Source: a virus. From it: 64,000 nt of DNA. The stretch covers positions 1 through 64,000 of the IMG/VR virus record IMGVR_UViG_3300046170_000494. One strand, written 5' to 3'. Each line of letters opens with the position of its first letter. Position 1 is the stretch's first letter. This document shows, piece after piece, positions 59,276 through 64,000 of this stretch. The notes below the pieces were generated by a model. That model searched no databases. It saw only the letters and a list, made by a program, of their open reading frames with translations, and was not told the DNA's origin. A program made the translations under genes and the position numbers.

Positions 59276-61721
59276 TTTTAAAAGAAACTTTATTTTTTAG
59301 ATAAGAGAATTTTATTTCAGAATTATCATCTAATTCTTTAGATAAAAGAAGTTTCGATAGTTCATTTTCAATATTTTTTTGAATTAATCTTTTTACTGGC
59401 CTTGCTCCCATTTTTTCTTTCTTTGCTTCTTCTGCTATATAATTAATTATAGATGCAGTTCCTTTTATAGTTATATTTCTTTCCTTGAGTTTATCTGATA
59501 TTTTTTGCATTTCTAAATTAACTATTTTCTTTAGCTGTGGAATATCAAAATCTTGAAATAAGATTATTTCATTCAACCTATTTAGGAACTCTGGCTTAAA
59601 AAACACCTTGAGCTCGGTCATGAGCTTGTCTTTTAGTTGCGCCGATGATTCTGCTTGACTAAAACCTATTACTGGTTTCGATACTTTTTCGCTGCCTATA
59701 TTTCCAGTGAGTATAATTATACAATTATTAAAGTTAACCTTGCGCCCAGAATTGTCTGTAACAAAACCTTCTTCTAAGATTTGTAATAATATGTTTAGAA
59801 CATCTGGGTGCGCTTTTTCTACTTCATCAAATAATATAACACTGTAGGGATTCCTTCTTACTTTTTCAGTTAATTCTCCACCTTCTTCATAACCTACGTA
59901 ACCAGGAGAAGCCCCTATCAATCTGCTTGCTGATATCTTTTCGGAGAATTCACTCATATCTAATTGTATTAATTTATCTGCGCCTCCATATATGAATTCA
60001 GCGATACATTTTGCTGTATAAGTTTTTCCTGTACCACTTGCACCGATCAACATAAAACTTCCAATCGGTTTTCTTGAATCCTGTAAGCCGGATTTAGATC
60101 TTAATATAGACTCACATATTTCTTCTAGCGCTTCAGATTGACCTATGATTTTGTTTTTTAAAGACTTAAAGAGTCCTAACATTTTCTCTGAATCTTTTTT
60201 AGATATTTCTTTAATCGGTACTCCTGTACGAGAAGATATTACTTCATAAATATCTTTTTCTGAAACAGAAACTCTGGTTTTTATTGTTTTCTTTGCCCAT
60301 TTTTCGATGACTTTATCATATTCTTCGAGAAGATCTAACTGCTTTTCTTGATTTAAGAAATTTTTTGCGTCTAACAGGCTTGCTTGCGATTCATGGATTG
60401 CGATTTCTTCTAATTCTTTTTCTATTTCTTTTGCCCTTTTTGGTCTAGTTATATTTTTTATTTTTACTTTAGATCCAGCTTGATCCATTACGTCTATAGC
60501 TTTATCTGGGAATTGTTTATCAAGCATATATCTTGAAGTTAATTCTACTATTAAATCTAAAACTTCTTCAGAATAACTGATGCTATGAAAGCTTTCATAC
60601 TTATTTTTTATTCCTAAAATTATTTCTCTGGTTTCTTCCTTTGAAGGTTCGATAACTTTAACTGCTTGAAACCTTCTGTCTAGAGCTCCGTCTTTGAGTA
60701 TTGTTTTTTTGTATTCATTTTGAGTAGTCGCTCCGATACATTTGATTTCTCCTCTAGCAAGTAAAGGCTTTAGTAAATTAGCTGCATCCATTCCCCCTTC
60801 TGCGTTTCCGGCTCCAACTAGAGTATGTATTTCATCTATAAATAAAATAACATTTGGATCTTTCTTAGCTTCATCAATTATACCTTTTAACCTCTCTTCA
60901 AATTGACCTCTATATTTTGTGCCAGCTATAAGAGATCCTAGGTCTAAGGAATATATTATTTTGCCCAAAAGAAAATCTGGGGCTTCGCTTTTGACTATTT
61001 TTTGAGATAAACCTTCGACTATAGCGGTTTTCCCTACTCCAGGCTCCCCGAGTAGTACTGGGTTGTTTTTAGTTCTTCTGCACAAAATTTCACAAGCCAT
61101 ATCTATTTCTTGTTGTTTTCCAATAATATTGTCAAATTTACCTTTTAACGCTAATACGTTAAAATTAACTGCATGTTTATCAAGGAAGTTTGAAGTTTCT
61201 TTTGTTTTAGGGGCAGGAGTAGTTTTTGGTTTCGAAGAAGGCTTCGCGTAATTATTAGAATGATCTTTTGAAAGATGTAAATATTCCCTAACTTCCGCAA
61301 TAATATCATCTGCAGAAGCATTAAATAAAGAAAAGTAATAGGGAACTGAAGACTCTTCATACTTTAATAATGCAAGTAACATATGCTCAATTCCTACGTA
61401 TTCATGTTCTAGTTTTTCACTAATAGAAGCTGCGACTTTAAGTATAACGTGAAAATGCTCATCATATACAGGTTCTTCATCGGTTAAGGATTCTGAAGCA
61501 GTTTTTATGAAATCTTCTTCTAGTTGATCTTTTATTAACCCTTGATCTATGTTTAGTAAAAATAATATTTCCGATAAAATTCCAGCATTAAGTTGAATCA
61601 TTCCGTAAAATAAATGATCTAATGTCACAAATTGATGATTATAGTCTGTCGCTGTAGATTTAGCTTTATTAATTGCCTGCTGCGCTCTCGGCGTAAAATT
61701 AGGTCTTGGTGTCATTTTCAT
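59256..61721 (-). CDS. clpC: ClpA/ClpC-type Hsp100 ATPase
   Basis: N-domain FTPRAQ; [49 protein letters not shown] loop, KPEFLNR. Confidence 0.9.
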   Translation of the reverse strand: MKMTPRPNFTPRAQQAINKAKSTATDYNHQFVTLDHLFYGMIQLNAGILSEILFLLNIDQGLIKDQLEEDFIKTASESLTDEEPVYDEHFHVILKVAASISEKLEHEYVGIEHMLLALLKYEESSVPYYFSLFNASADDIIAEVREYLHLSKDHSNNYAKPSSKPKTTPAPKTKETSNFLDKHAVNFNVLALKGKFDNIIGKQQEIDMACEILCRRTKNNPVLLGEPGVGKTAIVEGLSQKIVKSEAPDFLLGKIIYSLDLGSLIAGTKYRGQFEERLKGIIDEAKKDPNVILFIDEIHTLVGAGNAEGGMDAANLLKPLLARGEIKCIGATTQNEYKKTILKDGALDRRFQAVKVIEPSKEETREIILGIKNKYESFHSISYSEEVLDLIVELTSRYMLDKQFPDKAIDVMDQAGSKVKIKNITRPKRAKEIEKELEEIAIHESQASLLDAKNFLNQEKQLDLLEEYDKVIEKWAKKTIKTRVSVSEKDIYEVISSRTGVPIKEISKKDSEKMLGLFKSLKNKIIGQSEALEEICESILRSKSGLQDSRKPIGSFMLIGASGTGKTYTAKCIAEFIYGGADKLIQLDMSEFSEKISASRLIGASPGYVGYEEGGELTEKVRRNPYSVILFDEVEKAHPDVLNILLQILEEGFVTDNSGRKVNFNNCIIILTGNIGSEKVSKPVIGFSQAESSAQLKDKLMTELKVFFKPEFLNRLNEIILFQDFDIPQLKKIVNLEMQKISDKLKERNITIKGTASIINYIAEEAKKEKMGARPVKRLIQKNIENELSKLLLSKELDDNSEIKFSYLKNKVSFKIKEVWA

Positions 61722-61737
61722 ATTATTACACGTTAAA

Positions 61738-63999
61738 CTATTTAACTTCAGACATTTTCATATATATCTTTTCGTCCATTATAGCTAAAGAATCTAAAAA
61801 AACTATATCTTCTCCTTTTCTTCCATACGCTACTATTATACTCTTTTTTGATGGAGTTTTCTTCTTAGAATCAAAATATCTGTCATAAAAATTACCTCTT
61901 CGAGAATTTAAAAGCATAGCGTCATATTTACCATGTTCGTCTGTAATTGAGAGTTTCATATATTTATTTCCGTTACGAGAAGTTCTTTTGATACAATCTT
62001 CTACAACTCCGATAAATTTACCTTTATCATCTGAATTCATAAGATTTAAATCCCTTGAGTCTTTTAACGCCTCGTAGGAATCCATAAAGCATGATTTTAA
62101 CGAAGAGCTATGACTATATCCAAGTAACTCTGTTTCAAAATACCAGTTAGCAAATCCTTGATACATTTTATTTTTATCATAAATTGTTTTGTATAAATCG
62201 TATTTTTTCTTGAATGTTTTAAATCTAGATTCTTTCATTAATGGTTTCCCATCATCTCCTACTAAATCTCCTTTTTTAGCATCTGCTATACAATTTAAAA
62301 GCTTATATTCATACTTTTCGCCAAGAGCAATAAAATTACGTTTCTCTCTGTCTGTCAATAAGTTAAATGCTTGAGCTTCTAAAACCATTAGAGATCTATT
62401 TTTACCTTTACTCTCTAGCGCTCCCGCTTGAATTAATGCACTAAGAATACCGATATTAAGCCCAGCTTGCTTTGCCGCAAGAAAAATATCATACTTTGTG
62501 GGCGTTTCGCTAGAACGAAAGTCTCTAAGAGATTCTAAGGACTTTTCGCTCACCCCCTTAATGCTATTTAAACCAAATCTTATATCCTTACCTTCAATAG
62601 AAAAATCCATGCCAGACTTAGCTAAATCTGGAGACAATAACTTGATTCCAAAGTTAGATAATTCTTGGCATACTTTAGCTATTTCTTCTTGCGGAGATGG
62701 CTCATATTTAGTCATTTTCAATAAAGATATGAAAAACTGCTGTGGATAATTAAACTTGAGATAAGTGGTCCAAGCAGATAGAGTTGCATATGCAAGAGAG
62801 TGTGATTTATTGAATGAATAATTCGCGCTATCTTCCGCTACGCTCCACAAAATGTGAGATATTTCTCTAGGCAGATCATTTTGCTCAACTTTATCTTCAA
62901 TCTTCTTTTTCCAAGCAGGCATTTGATCAACCTTTTTCTTACCTACAATCCTTCTGAGTTGCTCCGCTTCATCAAGAGTGAATCCAACTTTAACTGCCAT
63001 TTGCATCAATTGCTCTTGGTAAAGAGGGATTCCTCCCGTATAGTCTAAAACATCACTAAAAAATTCATGAATAACCTGAGCTTCCTCTGTTTCAGAATAT
63101 GTAGCATAGTTATCTAAAAATTCCAATGCTCCTGGCCTTCCAATCGCTACAACTGCGCTGAGCTGCTCTAGGTCTTTTGGCTTGATTTTCTTACACACCC
63201 TATAGTTTGTATCAGACTCAAGCTGAAAAAGCCCGTGAGGCGCCTTAAGGCCTTGTAGAGGCTTATATACGTCTGCGTCATTCAAATCCACGGAGGAAAT
63301 ATCTATATCTAGATTCCGGCATACGTCGTAAATCACGCTCAATGTTCTTAGGCCTAAGATATCGAACTTCACCATTAATTCTGCAACCCAATTCATGTCA
63401 TATCCGGTGACTAAAGCCCCATCATTTGATTTTTGAATTGGACAAATATCTGTGATTTTTTGAAAAGAAATTGCAATACCACTAGGATGAACTCCCGTGT
63501 TTTTGTTTAAACCTTCTAATTTAAGAGCAATCTCAAATACTTCTGGATTACTTGCTGCCCAATCTGCGAATTTTTCACTTTCTTCTATTGCAGACGAAAT
63601 TGGCATAACAACTCCGAACTTTTTGGGAATAGTGTCACTAACTTCATTCACCTCTTGCTCGGAAAATTCCCCAACAATTTTTCCACACTCTTTCACGCAA
63701 AGCTTTCCGCTCAAGGTGTTTAGTGTTAATATTTTAGCTGTACGAGCGGGATGTTTTTTTTCGATATATTCTATAACTTCAACCCTTCTTTCGTAGGCTA
63801 TGTCGTTATCTACATCCGCTAAAAGACTTCCATCTAAATAAATTTCTCCATCTTTTTCTATTTTTCTTGCCCTACTCTTTGAAACAAAACGCTCAAAGAA
63901 AAGGCTATATTTCACCGGGTCTACATCTGTGACTCCAATTAGATAAAGAACCAAAGAGCCTGCAGCAGACCCTCTTCCTGGACCTGTAGGTATATCATT
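61738..63999 (-). CDS. dnaE: DNA polymerase III alpha subunit (5'-truncated by window edge)
   Basis: Frame continues to the edge as NDIPTGPGRGSAAGSLVLYL; ADVDND, HPSG, KFDILGL, YQEQLM, YSFNKSH, IRFGLNSIKG. Confidence 0.95.
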   Translation of the reverse strand, partial: NDIPTGPGRGSAAGSLVLYLIGVTDVDPVKYSLFFERFVSKSRARKIEKDGEIYLDGSLLADVDNDIAYERRVEVIEYIEKKHPARTAKILTLNTLSGKLCVKECGKIVGEFSEQEVNEVSDTIPKKFGVVMPISSAIEESEKFADWAASNPEVFEIALKLEGLNKNTGVHPSGIAISFQKITDICPIQKSNDGALVTGYDMNWVAELMVKFDILGLRTLSVIYDVCRNLDIDISSVDLNDADVYKPLQGLKAPHGLFQLESDTNYRVCKKIKPKDLEQLSAVVAIGRPGALEFLDNYATYSETEEAQVIHEFFSDVLDYTGGIPLYQEQLMQMAVKVGFTLDEAEQLRRIVGKKKVDQMPAWKKKIEDKVEQNDLPREISHILWSVAEDSANYSFNKSHSLAYATLSAWTTYLKFNYPQQFFISLLKMTKYEPSPQEEIAKVCQELSNFGIKLLSPDLAKSGMDFSIEGKDIRFGLNSIKGVSEKSLESLRDFRSSETPTKYDIFLAAKQAGLNIGILSALIQAGALESKGKNRSLMVLEAQAFNLLTDREKRNFIALGEKYEYKLLNCIADAKKGDLVGDDGKPLMKESRFKTFKKKYDLYKTIYDKNKMYQGFANWYFETELLGYSHSSSLKSCFMDSYEALKDSRDLNLMNSDDKGKFIGVVEDCIKRTSRNGNKYMKLSITDEHGKYDAMLLNSRRGNFYDRYFDSKKKTPSKKSIIVAYGRKGEDIVFLDSLAIMDEKIYMKMSEVK

Positions 64000-64000
64000 T

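Noticed and set aside
725-63796. Many short ORFs overlapping or antisense to long genes (e.g. 725-955, 2523-2846, 12755-13109, 15096-15401, 28843-29379, 34459-34706, 35320-35619, 53316-53549, 62189-63796)
   Set aside because: They are shadow frames of well-supported genes and show no motifs or start signals.
52417-63999. Inteins or introns in terL, clpC or dnaE
   Set aside because: Lengths and motif spacing are normal, and no intein splice motifs or LAGLIDADG blocks are visible in the part within the window.
1-64000. Stop-codon reassignment
   Set aside because: Long conserved genes are intact under code 11, and TAA, TAG and TGA all occur at evident gene ends.

Overview
The window is a 64-kb piece of a large, AT-rich (about 30% GC by eye) tailed dsDNA phage genome, using genetic code 11. 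It has no rRNA genes, no CRISPR array and no integrase. From 0 to 26 kb it carries accessory and early genes: a UvsE UV endonuclease, three free-standing homing endonucleases, DoxX, a cupin, a sulfotransferase, rIIA/rIIB, a kinase-like protein, two HhH-GPD glycosylases, a GNAT, an ATP-dependent ligase, an AT-rich origin-like gap and a self-contained ~400-nt ncRNA. From 26.7 to 37.0 kb lies a mirror-symmetric array of small-gene cassettes, each headed by a copy of a ~75-bp GC-box/promoter module. From 37.2 to 48.7 kb are PhoH, a family of fibre-like proteins, an M64 peptidase, an orphan antitoxin and lysis-like membrane genes. From 48.7 to 59.3 kb are a sigma factor, an ERCC4 nuclease, the terminase large subunit, a protease/scaffold, a decoration protein and the major capsid protein. 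The minus strand at the end encodes a ClpC-like ATPase and a DnaE polymerase that runs off the window edge. The most notable observations are the GC-box cassette array, two promoter classes that both place ATG at about +1 (apparently leaderless mRNAs), a stand-alone manA-like RNA and a tRNA-mimic RNA, a possible plug-and-socket fibre family, and a C-terminal domain pointing to a Verrucomicrobiota (Opitutales) host. Family assignments come from motif recognition only; no database searches were run.
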